A DNA stretch of 51,419 nt, taken from NCBI GenBank assembly GCA_027366675.1, contig DAHXND010000180.1, positions 1 through 51,419 of the forward strand, in the 5' to 3' direction. The notes under the pieces were generated by a model that saw only the letters and a program-made list of their open reading frames with translations, was not told the DNA's origin and searched no databases. Both the position numbers and the translations under genes were made by a program. Shown piece by piece: positions 7,778 to 17,442 of the stretch (position 1 is the first letter of the stretch; the number at the start of each line of letters is the position of its first letter). This stretch comes from Acidimicrobiales bacterium (GTDB lineage Bacteria; Actinomycetota; Acidimicrobiia; Acidimicrobiales; JAMCQF01).

Positions 7778-9064
7778 GTGTCGCTCGTTGCCATAGGTCT
7801 TGCCCAGCAGGACGTAGCCGTAGAGGAGTTCGGTCGCTTCAAGGTGAGCGACGAGGACATGTCGAAGGTGCTGCTCACGCTTTCCGGTAGCCCATATCTG
7901 GACGAGGTCGCCGTCTTGTCCACCTGCATGCGCACCGAGATCTACGCCGTGGCCGAGCGCTTTCATGACGGTGTCGGTGAGATCCATTCTTTCCTGGCAG
8001 GCTTTGCCCAGGTGGATGTGGATCGTCTCGCCGATTTCGCGACATGCTGGATCGACGATGCGGTAGCCGGGCACCTGCTGGCCGTGGCCGGAGGCATAGA
8101 ATCTCCTGTACTGGGGGAGACCGAGGTCCTAGGCCAGGTGCGCCGGGCGATTGCCCGGGCTCAGGAGGAGGGGTCCGCCGGGCCTGTTCTTGCACGCCTC
8201 TTCCGGCATGCCGTCGAGGCTGGTAAGCGGGTCCGCACAGAGACAGATATATCGCGGGGAACGACATCAGTTGCCCACGCGGCCGTGGACATAGCGAGCA
8301 GCGAATGCGGCGGATCCCTGTCCGGCGCGGTGGTCGTGGTGATAGGTGCTGGCGAGGTAGGTAGCGGCGTGGTGAGGGCCCTCGACAAGGCTCCCAACTG
8401 CCAGATCTCGGGCACTGGCCGGCGCGTGCTCCTGAGCCGCACCCTGGAGCGCTCGCGAGCTCTGGCGTCGAGCTCCGAGCGAGGCTGGGAAGCATGCGCT
8501 ATGTCCAGCCTGCAGGATCTTCTCGGATGTGCTGACGTGGTGATAGTAGCGGCCGGCGCCCGCGAGCCCGTCCTCACGCTTCGCCTGCTCGCTGATGTGG
8601 TGCGGGAGCGCCATGGCCGGCCGTTGCTGGTGATGGACTTGGGGGTGCCCAGGAACGTAGAGCCCGCCGTCGGTGCCCTGCCGGGTGTGGCTCTCCTGGA
8701 TCTGGACGATGTTCACTCCGCCGTCGGTAGTGCTGTGTCAGGCAGGCGGCGGGAGATCGCCCGGGTCCGAGCCATACTGGACGAGGAGATGGAGCGCTAC
8801 CGCGTGATCACGTCTGAGCGTAGCGCTGCACCACTCGTGAAGGCCCTCCGCCAGCACGGGGAGTCTATACGTCGCTCCGAGATGGAGCGCTACAGGAGCC
8901 AGCTTGCCAGGCTGCCAGAGGGCGATCAGGAGGTCGTCGATGCTCTCACGCGCTCTCTCGTAGCGAAGCTGCTGCACACGCCTACGGTTCGTCTGAAGGA
9001 GGCGGCTGCCACGAGCCGGGGCGAGCGGCTCATGGAGGCGTTGCGCTCCCTGTTCGATCTGTGA
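7778..9064 (+). CDS. hemA: Glutamyl-tRNA reductase
   Basis: LSTCMRTEIYAV active-site Cys motif and VIGAGEVG NADPH site. GTG 7778 is preceded by GAGGAGG at 7764-7770. Confidence 0.9.
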   Translation: MSLVAIGLAQQDVAVEEFGRFKVSDEDMSKVLLTLSGSPYLDEVAVLSTCMRTEIYAVAERFHDGVGEIHSFLAGFAQVDVDRLADFATCWIDDAVAGHLLAVAGGIESPVLGETEVLGQVRRAIARAQEEGSAGPVLARLFRHAVEAGKRVRTETDISRGTTSVAHAAVDIASSECGGSLSGAVVVVIGAGEVGSGVVRALDKAPNCQISGTGRRVLLSRTLERSRALASSSERGWEACAMSSLQDLLGCADVVIVAAGAREPVLTLRLLADVVRERHGRPLLVMDLGVPRNVEPAVGALPGVALLDLDDVHSAVGSAVSGRRREIARVRAILDEEMERYRVITSERSAAPLVKALRQHGESIRRSEMERYRSQLARLPEGDQEVVDALTRSLVAKLLHTPTVRLKEAAATSRGERLMEALRSLFDL

Positions 9065-10110
9065 ACCCCGCGTATCCAGGACTGTCCGCGAGTCTCATGC
9101 GTGACGCTCTAACCGGTCGCTCCGGTCCGTCCGGTCGCCGGTCCGGTCGCCGGTCGCTACGGATAGCTACCAGAGGGAGCGAGCTGGCTCGGTGGCAGGC
9201 TCGCTTCGTCGGGGACCACCTGATAGAAGCCGGAGCTGTTGAAGCCTATGACCTCGTAACGGTTAGGACAGAAGGGGACCGCGATCAGGCGAGCCGGTTG
9301 TCCTCCATGTCAGGCAGGGGAGTGTTTGCCAAGGATGTGCAAGCGGCTGTGCTGGCCGGACTTGCAGACATAGCCGTTCACTCGGCCAAGGATCTTCCGG
9401 CAGGCGGCTCTGCTCCCGGGATGGTGATCGCTGCAGTGCCCGCCAGGGGAGATGTTCGTGATGCTCTGGTTGGCGCGCCGCTCTCAGGCCTGCGTCCCGG
9501 CGCCCCTGTTGCCACCGGTGCACCCAGGCGTCGCGCCCAACTATCCTGGTTGCGCCCAGACCTTACCTTCTGCGACGTGCGTGGGAACATCACCACGCGA
9601 CTTGGCCGCACGCCGAGCGGTGGAGCGCTGGTGGTCGCATTCGCTGCCCTGGAGAGACTTGGCCTGCTTGGGGAGGTCGCAGAGGCGTTGGACCCGCGCT
9701 CGTTCGTACCTCAGGTTGGGCAGGGCGCGCTGGCGGTCGAGTGCAGGGAGGGAGATGAGGCCACACGCTCGAAGGTCTGGGCCATCGACGATCCCCCATC
9801 CCACGAATCGCTTCTCGCCGAGCGGGGATTCCTCGCCGCTCTCGGCGGGGGATGCAACGTTCCGGCGGGAGCATGGGCGCGCCATATCCCGGCAGGTGCT
9901 GCTACGGTGCTGCGGATGGACGTAATGCTTGCAAGCCTGGATGGCCAGCAACTCGTCAGGTACGGAGATTCTGCACACGACAGCGAGGGCGCGGAGTCCT
10001 TCGGTATGCGCCTGGCAGCGAGCCTCGTCCTGGAGCACGGTGGGTCCTTTCTCATGACCCCGTCCAGCTCCGGTTCCCTGTTCTCCCCGCAGCGGGAGCT
10101 CGATCTGTGA
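9061..10110 (+). CDS. hemC: Porphobilinogen deaminase (hydroxymethylbilane synthase)
   Basis: LRIATRGSELARWQA, DIAVHSAKDLP and GGCNVPAGA motifs. The start is GTG 9061 (overlapping the hemA stop) or ATG 9097. The N-terminus holds the 12-nt repeat tract 9113-9158 (GRSGPSGRRSGRRS). Confidence 0.9.
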   Translation: MNPAYPGLSASLMRDALTGRSGPSGRRSGRRSLRIATRGSELARWQARFVGDHLIEAGAVEAYDLVTVRTEGDRDQASRLSSMSGRGVFAKDVQAAVLAGLADIAVHSAKDLPAGGSAPGMVIAAVPARGDVRDALVGAPLSGLRPGAPVATGAPRRRAQLSWLRPDLTFCDVRGNITTRLGRTPSGGALVVAFAALERLGLLGEVAEALDPRSFVPQVGQGALAVECREGDEATRSKVWAIDDPPSHESLLAERGFLAALGGGCNVPAGAWARHIPAGAATVLRMDVMLASLDGQQLVRYGDSAHDSEGAESFGMRLAASLVLEHGGSFLMTPSSSGSLFSPQRELDL

Positions 10111-11684
10111 CCGTTTACCTGGTAGGGGCCGGTCCAGGTGATCCGGGGCTTCTGACTGTTCGCGCCGAAGAGTTGATACGGCAGGCAGACGTAGTGGTCC
10201 ATGACCGCCTTGTCAGCCGCTCTGTGCTGGCACGGGCTCCGCGAAATGCCCTCCTTGTCGACGTGGGCAAGCGCCGCGGATCCTCGGTTGCCCAGTCGGA
10301 GATAAACGGGATGCTCGTGTCACACGGCAGGACGGGCGCCACGGTGGTGAGGCTGAAGGGCGGTGACCCTTTCGTCTTCGGTCGCGGGGGAGAGGAGGCA
10401 GAGGCTCTACGTGATGCATCCATACCCTTCGAGGTGATCCCCGGCGTGAGCGCCGCCTTCGGCGTGCCAGCTGCAGCCGGCATACCGGTTACCCATAGAG
10501 GCCTTTCCCGTTCCGTGAGTGTAGTGACCGGCCATGAGGGTCTCCTGGCCGGGACTGGGGAAGCCGATCTGCTCGCGAGGAGTGCCGGCACGGTAGTTGT
10601 TCTTATGGGTGCCGAGCGTGCCCGGGAGATAGCAGCAGCTTGCGTAGCATGCGGGAGGGACCTGGGTACGCCCGTCGCCATCATCGAGGATGGCAGCCTT
10701 CCGGGTGAGCGCATATCCCGCACGACGCTTCAGGATCTGGCAGAGCGGGAGAGCGCTGTGCGCTCTCCCGCTACGATCGTGATAGGAGCGGTAGCATCGC
10801 TCGACTTTTCGGGCGCGAAGGTGGGGATGCTCGCCGGCTGGCGGGTGGTGGTAACCCGCCCGGAGGGCAGCTCGCACGATCTCGCTCGTGCGCTCCGGGA
10901 GGAGGGAGCCCAGGTGGTGGAGGTGCCCCTCATCGCTATCGAGGATCCCGAGGATGATGGAGCAGCGCTGTCGACCCGCCTGAAGTTCGGAGTGGATGCC
11001 GACTGGGTGGTTCTGACTTCCGCGAATGCCGTGGAGAGGATCTTCGCCGTTATGAGAGATGCTCGTGACCTGGGAGGGGTGAAGGTAGCTGCCGTAGGAG
11101 AGCAGACGGCGGCCTCCCTGCGTGATCGCGGGATCGATCCCGATCTCATCGCTCCCGGGGCCAGCGCGGCCTCCCTGGTCGAGGTGTTCCCAGATTTCGT
11201 GGGAGCAGCCAGCCACGTGGCAGGTGGTACCACCTCGACCGGAGACAGAGACCTGGAGAGCGCCGGTGAAATGCCGCCCACCGCCCGCAAGGGTGCGCAA
11301 GGGAAGATTCTCTACGTTTGCCAGAGCGGGGCTTCGGGCACCATACCTTCGGGATTGGCAGCGAAGGGCTGGGCGGTCGACATCCTCCACGCATACAGGG
11401 TGAAGCCAGCCCTGCTTGGCTCCCGGGAGCTGGAGCTCGTGGCTGGCTCTGATGCGATCCTCTTCGCGTCTCCTTCCGCCGTGAGGGCCTTCGCAGGCGT
11501 CCGGGACTCCACTGGTGTTCCATGCCCTCCAGTCGTGGCCTGCATAGGGCCCACCACTGCGGCGGCTGCTCGTGCGTGCGGCTTCGAGGTAGCAGCAGTG
11601 GCGGCTGAGCGCGGGGCAGAGGGCTTCGTGCGGGCCCTCGGTGAGGCTCGCCAGCGCTCGACGTCGCCTAACCTGGACGGGTGA
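10107..11684 (+). CDS. hemD: Bifunctional uroporphyrinogen-III C-methyltransferase / uroporphyrinogen-III synthase
   Basis: The N-terminal SUMT domain has VYLVGAGPGDPGLLTVRA and RLKGGDPFVFGRGGEE. The C-terminal HemD-like half begins around VVVTRPEG. GTG 10107 overlaps the hemC stop. The track ORF starts upstream at 9852, inside hemC. Confidence 0.85.
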   Translation: MTVYLVGAGPGDPGLLTVRAEELIRQADVVVHDRLVSRSVLARAPRNALLVDVGKRRGSSVAQSEINGMLVSHGRTGATVVRLKGGDPFVFGRGGEEAEALRDASIPFEVIPGVSAAFGVPAAAGIPVTHRGLSRSVSVVTGHEGLLAGTGEADLLARSAGTVVVLMGAERAREIAAACVACGRDLGTPVAIIEDGSLPGERISRTTLQDLAERESAVRSPATIVIGAVASLDFSGAKVGMLAGWRVVVTRPEGSSHDLARALREEGAQVVEVPLIAIEDPEDDGAALSTRLKFGVDADWVVLTSANAVERIFAVMRDARDLGGVKVAAVGEQTAASLRDRGIDPDLIAPGASAASLVEVFPDFVGAASHVAGGTTSTGDRDLESAGEMPPTARKGAQGKILYVCQSGASGTIPSGLAAKGWAVDILHAYRVKPALLGSRELELVAGSDAILFASPSAVRAFAGVRDSTGVPCPPVVACIGPTTAAAARACGFEVAAVAAERGAEGFVRALGEARQRSTSPNLDG

Positions 11685-12676
11685 GCTCGATAGGCAGCTT
11701 CCCAGAACGCCGTCCGCGCCGCCTCCGCCGCACGCCGGCACTGAGGCGGCTGGTAGCAGAGACCGAGATCTCCGTGAATGATCTTATCGCTCCACTTTTC
11801 GTGAAAGAGGCGATAGGCCAGCCGAATCCGGTCTCGTCTATGCCAGGGGTGGTTCAGCACACGCTGGAGAGCCTGGTGAAAGCCACATCCGAGCTGGTCA
11901 CCCTGGGGGTGCCAGCCGTGGTCCTGTTCGGGATCCCGGCGCACAGGGACGCTACCGGATCTGGTGCGACAGATCCTAACGGGATCGTACCACTTGCGCT
12001 GCGAGCGGTCCGCGACGAGGTCGGGGATTCCCTGGTGCTGATAACGGACTGCTGCCTCGACGAGTACACAGACCATGGTCATTGTGGCCTGCTCGATGCG
12101 AGCGGGCGCGTCGCGAACGATGCCACCCTGGAGCGTTACAGCGAGATGGCGACTTGTCACGCCGCTGCCGGAGCTGATCTCGTGGCTCCGAGCGGCATGA
12201 TGGACGGGCAAGTTCGAGCGATACGCTCCAGTCTCGACGCGGAGAGTTACCCCGACGTCGGGATACTCGCCTATGCAGCCAAGTTCGCATCCAGCTTCTA
12301 CGGGCCGTTCCGCGACGCCGTCGATGTCGAGATAGCAGGTGGTGGAGATCGCCGTAGCTACCAGGAAGATCCCGCGAACGGCCGTGAGGCTCTGGTCGAG
12401 GTGGCCCTCGATGTAGCCGAGGGAGCTGACATGGTCATGGTGAAGCCAGCGCTTCCCTACCTGGACGTTATCTCGGAAGTACGTCGCAGGGTCGACGTGC
12501 CCGTGGCTGCATATCAGGTGAGCGGTGAGTATGCCATGGTGAAAGCAGCAGCCGGGAATGGTTGGCTGGACGAGCCAGCGGTGGCCCTCGAATCGCTGGT
12601 CGCCATAAAGCGCGCAGGGGCAGGTTCCATCCTGACGTACTTCGCGCGTGATATCGCTCGGGAGCTTGGCAGGTGA
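11681..12676 (+). CDS. hemB: Porphobilinogen synthase (delta-aminolevulinate dehydratase)
   Basis: RPRRLRRTPALRRLVAET, DLIAPLFV, the active-site region VMVKPALPYLD and YQVSGEYAM. Confidence 0.9.
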   Translation: MSSIGSFPERRPRRLRRTPALRRLVAETEISVNDLIAPLFVKEAIGQPNPVSSMPGVVQHTLESLVKATSELVTLGVPAVVLFGIPAHRDATGSGATDPNGIVPLALRAVRDEVGDSLVLITDCCLDEYTDHGHCGLLDASGRVANDATLERYSEMATCHAAAGADLVAPSGMMDGQVRAIRSSLDAESYPDVGILAYAAKFASSFYGPFRDAVDVEIAGGGDRRSYQEDPANGREALVEVALDVAEGADMVMVKPALPYLDVISEVRRRVDVPVAAYQVSGEYAMVKAAAGNGWLDEPAVALESLVAIKRAGAGSILTYFARDIARELGR

Positions 12677-14085
12677 GCCACCTGGTGTCCCCTTCCCCTG
12701 CGGCGTCAGGCGTGCCGGATGCCACCGGCCCGGATGCCAGCGTGCCGGATGCCGGCGGCCCGGATCCCAGCGGCCCGGATGCCGGCGTGCCGGATGCCAC
12801 CGGCCCGGATCCCAGCGGGCCCTGGGCCAGGTCCAACGCCACGTGGTTCGAGCGCGCGAGGCGGGTTATCCCGGGCGGGGTCAGCTCCCCGGTCAGGGCC
12901 TTTCGTGCAGTGGGCGGCGTCCCCTATACGGTGGTTCGAGGATCCGGCTCACGGCTGGAGGACGTGGAAGGCAGGCAGTACCTGGACTTCGTGCAGTCGT
13001 GGGGGGCCCTTATCCTGGGCCACGCGCACCCCGCAGTGGTCGAGGCTGTGCAGAGAGCCATGGAGCATGGTTCGAGCTTCGGCGCTCCGACCACCTACGA
13101 GGTGCTTCTCGCCGAGGAGGTGTGCTCTCGCGTGAGCGGCTGCGAGCAGGTGCGTTTCGTGTCTTCCGGGACCGAGGCAGCGATGAGCGCTATTCGTATC
13201 GCGCGAGGCTACACTGGTAGAGACAGGTTAGTGAAGTTCTCCGGCTGCTATCACGGCCACAGCGACGGCCTGCTCGCAGCTGGGGGAAGTGGGGTCGCCA
13301 CGCTTGGCCTTGCCGGAAGCGCAGGCGTTCCTGCCGGTATGGTGGCCGACACGGTCGTCGCTCCGTACAACGTGGTGCCGGAGATCACCGGGGACGTGGC
13401 TTGTGTCATAGTGGAGCCCCTTGCAGCGAATATGGGCTTCGTTGCGCCCAGGCAGGGGTTCCTGGATGGGCTTAGAGAGGCCTGCGATAGAGCAGGGGCG
13501 CTGCTCATCTTCGACGAGGTCATTACTGGCTTTCGCCTGGCCTACGGTGGGGCGACCGAGCACTTCGGTGTGCGCCCAGACATCTGGTGCTTCGGGAAGG
13601 TGCTTGGAGGAGGGCTCCCGCTCGCGGCGTTCGGGGGGAGCAGAGAGGTCCTCTCCGTGCTGGCCCCCGAGGGACCGGTCTACCAGGCCGGCACGCTCTC
13701 CGGGAACCCGGTCGCCCTGGCTGCTGGTCTTGCCACACTGTCTCAGATGGATAGATCTGCCTATGACATCGTCTCGAAGAAGGTCGCAGACTTCGCTCAG
13801 GCGCTTGGCGCTGTCTTCGCAGAGGCTGGCATTCCTGTGCAGGTTCCCGCCGCCGGAGCTTTGCTGGGTATATCATTCGCCGAGCATCCCCTGATAGATT
13901 ACGAGGATGCTCGGCTACAGGCCGAGGGCGGCAGGTACGCATCATTCTTCCACGCCATGCTGGGCGAGGGGATCGCCTTCGCACCCAGTGCCTTCGAAGT
14001 AGCGTTCCCTTCTATGGCGCATAAGGATAGTGACTACGAGCAGGTGCTGCAGGCCGCTTCACGGTTCTGTGCGAACGTTATGTGA
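12673..14085 (+). CDS. hemL: Glutamate-1-semialdehyde 2,1-aminomutase with a repeat-containing N-terminal extension
   Basis: IPGGVSSPVRAF, the PLP-fold core and FDEVITGFR. No ATG, GTG or TTG lies between the repeat tract and the conserved core. Initiation must therefore be at GTG 12673 or at a GTG inside the repeat (12712, 12742 or 12787). Confidence 0.9.
   Translation: MSHLVSPSPAASGVPDATGPDASVPDAGGPDPSGPDAGVPDATGPDPSGPWARSNATWFERARRVIPGGVSSPVRAFRAVGGVPYTVVRGSGSRLEDVEGRQYLDFVQSWGALILGHAHPAVVEAVQRAMEHGSSFGAPTTYEVLLAEEVCSRVSGCEQVRFVSSGTEAAMSAIRIARGYTGRDRLVKFSGCYHGHSDGLLAAGGSGVATLGLAGSAGVPAGMVADTVVAPYNVVPEITGDVACVIVEPLAANMGFVAPRQGFLDGLREACDRAGALLIFDEVITGFRLAYGGATEHFGVRPDIWCFGKVLGGGLPLAAFGGSREVLSVLAPEGPVYQAGTLSGNPVALAAGLATLSQMDRSAYDIVSKKVADFAQALGAVFAEAGIPVQVPAAGALLGISFAEHPLIDYEDARLQAEGGRYASFFHAMLGEGIAFAPSAFEVAFPSMAHKDSDYEQVLQAASRFCANVM
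12712..12816 (+). repeat. Tandem 15-nt repeat, 7 units, in frame at the 5' end of hemL
   Basis: Units gtgccggatgccacc / ggcccggatgccagc / and so on, read directly. They encode (V/G)PD(A/P)(T/S/G) pentapeptides. Confidence 0.9.
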
Positions 14086-14226
14086 CCTTCCTGGAATCGT
14101 TGTTCTGGCGTAGATACCTGCTCGCGTCTGGCACGGCAGTATCCGCTGCAGTGTCTACGGCAGTGTCCACGGCAGCATCGAGTGGGGCAGATCGGTTGGG
14201 GCAGCATCGATTGCAGCAGATCGCAT

Positions 14227-15285
14227 CTATCTCAGGAGATTCTGAGCGGCCAGAGCCTCTGTCACGGATCGGAGCTGGTTCTCCATCTTCTGGAGAGCAT
14301 CCTTCGCTACGCGCATGGAGCGAAGCGACGACTGTAGTGTGAGCTCGTAAGCTCTTATCGCTTCGAGCATCCCCTCGGACCAGGCGTCGCGATTGCCCAG
14401 TTCGGGTGGATCCCATTTCGCGTGGATTCCTTCCATGCCATCTAAGATCGCCATCAGACGTAGCTGGCTTGGCAGTAATATGCCGGGGTCAGGGTGTGGG
14501 TTGTGATCTAGTGCGGAGTCCCACCAGTTACGCTGCTCCGATACAGTAGTAGAAGCGGTCACGCCAGCATCAGTAGAAGCGGACACGCCAGCATCGGCGC
14601 CGCTGAGGCTTCCCTGGTCGGTGGCTGTGGCCTTTACTGCGACACCGGAGCTGGCCAGAAATCGCCCTACGTTGGCGCTTATCCAGGCAGGATCCGATAG
14701 CGCGTGCTCGTAGCTCGTCACGAGCACCGGTAGCCCCGCAAGCTCTTGCAGGGCAGCGCGGTTGTACTCCTCCCAGAGGGTGAGGCCTCTCGTTATGGCG
14801 AAACCTCCCAGGCGTGAAAGGGAGGCGGCGGTGCCGAGGGGATGGCGCCATATATGGATGGCGGCGACAGGCCGGAAAGCCAGCACGCGGCGCCAGAACG
14901 CCATGGTCAAGCAGTTCCGTGGATCCTTCCAGACGCATGGCCCTCTGGGCAGTGCATCGGCCGCTACTTGGATGGCCCCGGGGAGCTGTTCTCGCACCTG
15001 CTCCTGGTCGACCCATCCCGGGGCCAGGAGTGGTGGCGCCAGGAACGATCCGTTGACTATCCTGAGCAGGGTATCGTTCACCGTGCTCAGGGCCCTGCTC
15101 TCGAAGATCCCTTTCGGATTGAACTGATTCGGCGGGAAGATGTCGTCCTCCTCCACCCCTTGGGCGAGTGCCAGCCCGAGGTTCACGAGCATTCCAGACA
15201 TCGCAGACGTACCGCTCCTCGGTGCGCCTGTCACGAGCACGCACAAGCCTGAGCCGGTATCTTCGCCTGCGCCTTCGGTGGTCAT
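14227..15285 (-). CDS. Sulfotransferase-family protein (PAPS-dependent, P-loop type)
   Basis: The N-terminal LVTGAPRSGTSAMSG matches the 5'-PSB loop of sulfotransferases, and WKDPRNCLTMAFW matches the Stf-type KDPR motif. The C-terminal part looks like a coiled coil. It contains a 24-nt x2 tandem repeat at 14548-14595. Confidence 0.55.
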   Translation of the reverse strand: MTTEGAGEDTGSGLCVLVTGAPRSGTSAMSGMLVNLGLALAQGVEEDDIFPPNQFNPKGIFESRALSTVNDTLLRIVNGSFLAPPLLAPGWVDQEQVREQLPGAIQVAADALPRGPCVWKDPRNCLTMAFWRRVLAFRPVAAIHIWRHPLGTAASLSRLGGFAITRGLTLWEEYNRAALQELAGLPVLVTSYEHALSDPAWISANVGRFLASSGVAVKATATDQGSLSGADAGVSASTDAGVTASTTVSEQRNWWDSALDHNPHPDPGILLPSQLRLMAILDGMEGIHAKWDPPELGNRDAWSEGMLEAIRAYELTLQSSLRSMRVAKDALQKMENQLRSVTEALAAQNLLR

Positions 15286-16781
15286 CGATCAAGACGGCCG
15301 GCAGGGTCGCGCCAGCGGGCTGCCGGCAGTAACTCGCGGCATATGAAGCGGGCCGCACTCGGCCTATCGGGAGGCATGAGGTTGGCCATGATCTGGAGGA
15401 TCCAGTCCATTAGTGTCCGGCTGCGCAGTCCTGTGCCGACGCAGGCGCGCATGAGCACCGGGTTCTCGATCAGCCGAACGAAGGCGCGTCCGAAACGGTA
15501 GTAGTCGCCGTAGGCCTGTTCCAAGAGAGCAGGATAAGTCCTGAGCACACCCGGGTCATCGCTGGCCAGCGCATCGGCCAGCACCAGAGCTGCCATGCGG
15601 CCGGTCTCGTAGGCATAGGAGATGCCCTCCCCGTTGAAGGGGTTTATGGTCCCGGCGGCATCGCCCGCCACCAGCACGTTCTCGCCAGAGCGGGGAGCTA
15701 CGCAGAGGCCCATAGGCAGCTTGCCACCGGTGACGGGGCTGCAGGCATTCTGAGGGGTGAGCTCCCAGGACTTAGGCGCGCTTGCCAGAAAGGCGTCCAT
15801 GATCTTGCTGGTGTTCAGCCCTTTCCAGCGTCCCGAAGTGGATAGTAGCCCTGCGCCCACGTTCACGCGACCGTCGCCGAGCGGGAAGATCCATCCATAT
15901 CCCGGTACCACGTTGCCCTCGGCGTCACGTATGTCGAGGTGGGACTCGATCCAGGGATCATCGTGCCTTGGCGATCTCCAGTAGCCCCGCACGGCCATAC
16001 CCAGCGGGTAGTTATGGCTTCGGGAGGTGCCGAGAGCCCAGCCGAAACGTGAGTTCGAGCCGTCAGCCACCACTACATAGCGCGCGGTGATATCCCGCTC
16101 CCTGCCGGACTCCTTGTCCTTCACCCTGGCTCCCGCGGTGTAGGGGAGCGGTCTCGTGGCAGGGCCGGGAAGGGAGCTGTCGCGATGAGCTGCGCCGTCC
16201 CCGCCAAGGGGGGCGACTGCCTCGGTTCCCTGGTAGAGCGTGGCTCCGGCCTTCGAAGCGTTCTCCGCCACGATCTGGTCCAGATCGTGGCGGGTGACCG
16301 TAACGCCGTATGCAGGGAACTGGGGATGTGCGGGCCAGCGAAGCTCCAGGCTCCGGCCGAATCCGATGGCCCGCAGCCCCCTGTACCTGTGATGGCCGTC
16401 CAGTGCGTGAGAGAGACCCATGTCAGCGAGCTGGCGGACAGCTCGGGGCGTTAGCCCGTCCCCGCAGGTCTTTTCCCTGGGAAAGTGCTTGCGCTCTACC
16501 ACCCCCACGTCCCAGCCTGCCGAGGCTAGCCAGTATGCACAGGCCGCACCAGAGGGCCCGGCTCCTATTACCAGAACATCGTGATGCTGATTCGTGTGGG
16601 CCGCTGGCGCTTTCCTGGCCCGCTGCAGCGGATTCTCGCTGTGCCGTGCTGCTGCGCCGCCACTGGCCCGCCCGGCATCTACGGCGGCTCCGGGTGGCAG
16701 CGGATTCTCGCTGTGCTCTGCTCCTCCTCCCCCTCCGTTTCCTGGGGATATGCCGCTCACGGGCTTCGGAGACGATGACAT
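15282..16781 (-). CDS. Geranylgeranyl reductase family FAD-dependent oxidoreductase (MenJ-like)
   Basis: HDVLVIGAGPSGAACAYWLASAG dinucleotide fold followed by REKTCGDGLTPRAV, the GGR-family signature. The roughly 65-aa N-terminal extension carries a duplicated HSENPL segment. There is a 4-nt overlap with the downstream sulfotransferase gene. Confidence 0.8.
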   Translation of the reverse strand: MSSSPKPVSGISPGNGGGGGAEHSENPLPPGAAVDAGRASGGAAARHSENPLQRARKAPAAHTNQHHDVLVIGAGPSGAACAYWLASAGWDVGVVERKHFPREKTCGDGLTPRAVRQLADMGLSHALDGHHRYRGLRAIGFGRSLELRWPAHPQFPAYGVTVTRHDLDQIVAENASKAGATLYQGTEAVAPLGGDGAAHRDSSLPGPATRPLPYTAGARVKDKESGRERDITARYVVVADGSNSRFGWALGTSRSHNYPLGMAVRGYWRSPRHDDPWIESHLDIRDAEGNVVPGYGWIFPLGDGRVNVGAGLLSTSGRWKGLNTSKIMDAFLASAPKSWELTPQNACSPVTGGKLPMGLCVAPRSGENVLVAGDAAGTINPFNGEGISYAYETGRMAALVLADALASDDPGVLRTYPALLEQAYGDYYRFGRAFVRLIENPVLMRACVGTGLRSRTLMDWILQIMANLMPPDRPSAARFICRELLPAARWRDPAGRLDR

Positions 16782-16884
16782 GGCCCCAGTGTAGGTTCAG
16801 GTTCGCGTCGCCGGGCTTGACCGTTCGCTCTCCACTCCCGTCTTCGCCGATGTGCTTTCACCAGAGCGGGCGTGGTAGAACCGA

Positions 16885-17442
16885 ATGGCGCCTATGGACA
16901 ACTACCTGCCCATCTTCGTGCTGCTCGTGCTGGGTTTCCTGTTTGCCGCGCTCTCCTTTACGGCCTCTGCCATCCTTGCTCCCAGGCGCCCCAGCGTGGC
17001 GAAGGCAGCCCCCTACGAGTGCGGGATCGTACCCAGGAACGAGCCCCCGGAGCGCTTCCCGGTGAGGTTCTACCTGGTCGCCATGATTTTCATTGTTTTC
17101 GACATCGAGATCGTGTTCCTCTATCCCTGGGCAGTCGAGTTCCGGGCGCTCGGAACCTTCGGTCTCGTGGAGATTCTCGTTTTCGCAGCAGCCGTGGTGA
17201 TCGCATTCCTCTACCTGCTTTCGAATGGGGCACTCGAGTGGGGGCCGGCTCGCCGCTCCGCTCATTGGTCGTCGGCTCGCACCACCGCTTCGACCGTCCT
17301 CCACATAAGCCCCGCACCGAGCGATCCTCGCCTCAGCCAGGCCTCCGGCGGGGAAGCGCCGGAGCACGAGACGCCCGCTGAAGAGCTGGCTGAGGGATCA
17401 TCTGAGGCGCCTGCCCGTGCTCATCCTCACGAGGCGGCTTGA
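16885..17442 (+). CDS. nuoA: NADH-quinone oxidoreductase subunit A
   Basis: MDNYLPIFVLLVLGF, YECGI and FDIEIVFLYPWA. An alternative ATG lies at 16894. A roughly 65-aa non-conserved C-terminal tail is present. Confidence 0.9.
   Translation: MAPMDNYLPIFVLLVLGFLFAALSFTASAILAPRRPSVAKAAPYECGIVPRNEPPERFPVRFYLVAMIFIVFDIEIVFLYPWAVEFRALGTFGLVEILVFAAAVVIAFLYLLSNGALEWGPARRSAHWSSARTTASTVLHISPAPSDPRLSQASGGEAPEHETPAEELAEGSSEAPARAHPHEAA

Noticed and set aside
12468-12842. Minus-strand ORF across the hemB/hemL junction encoding GP(L/V)(G/A)SG repeats.
   Set aside because: It is a mirror translation of the 15-nt repeat and overlaps the conserved C-terminus of HemB. There is no independent support.
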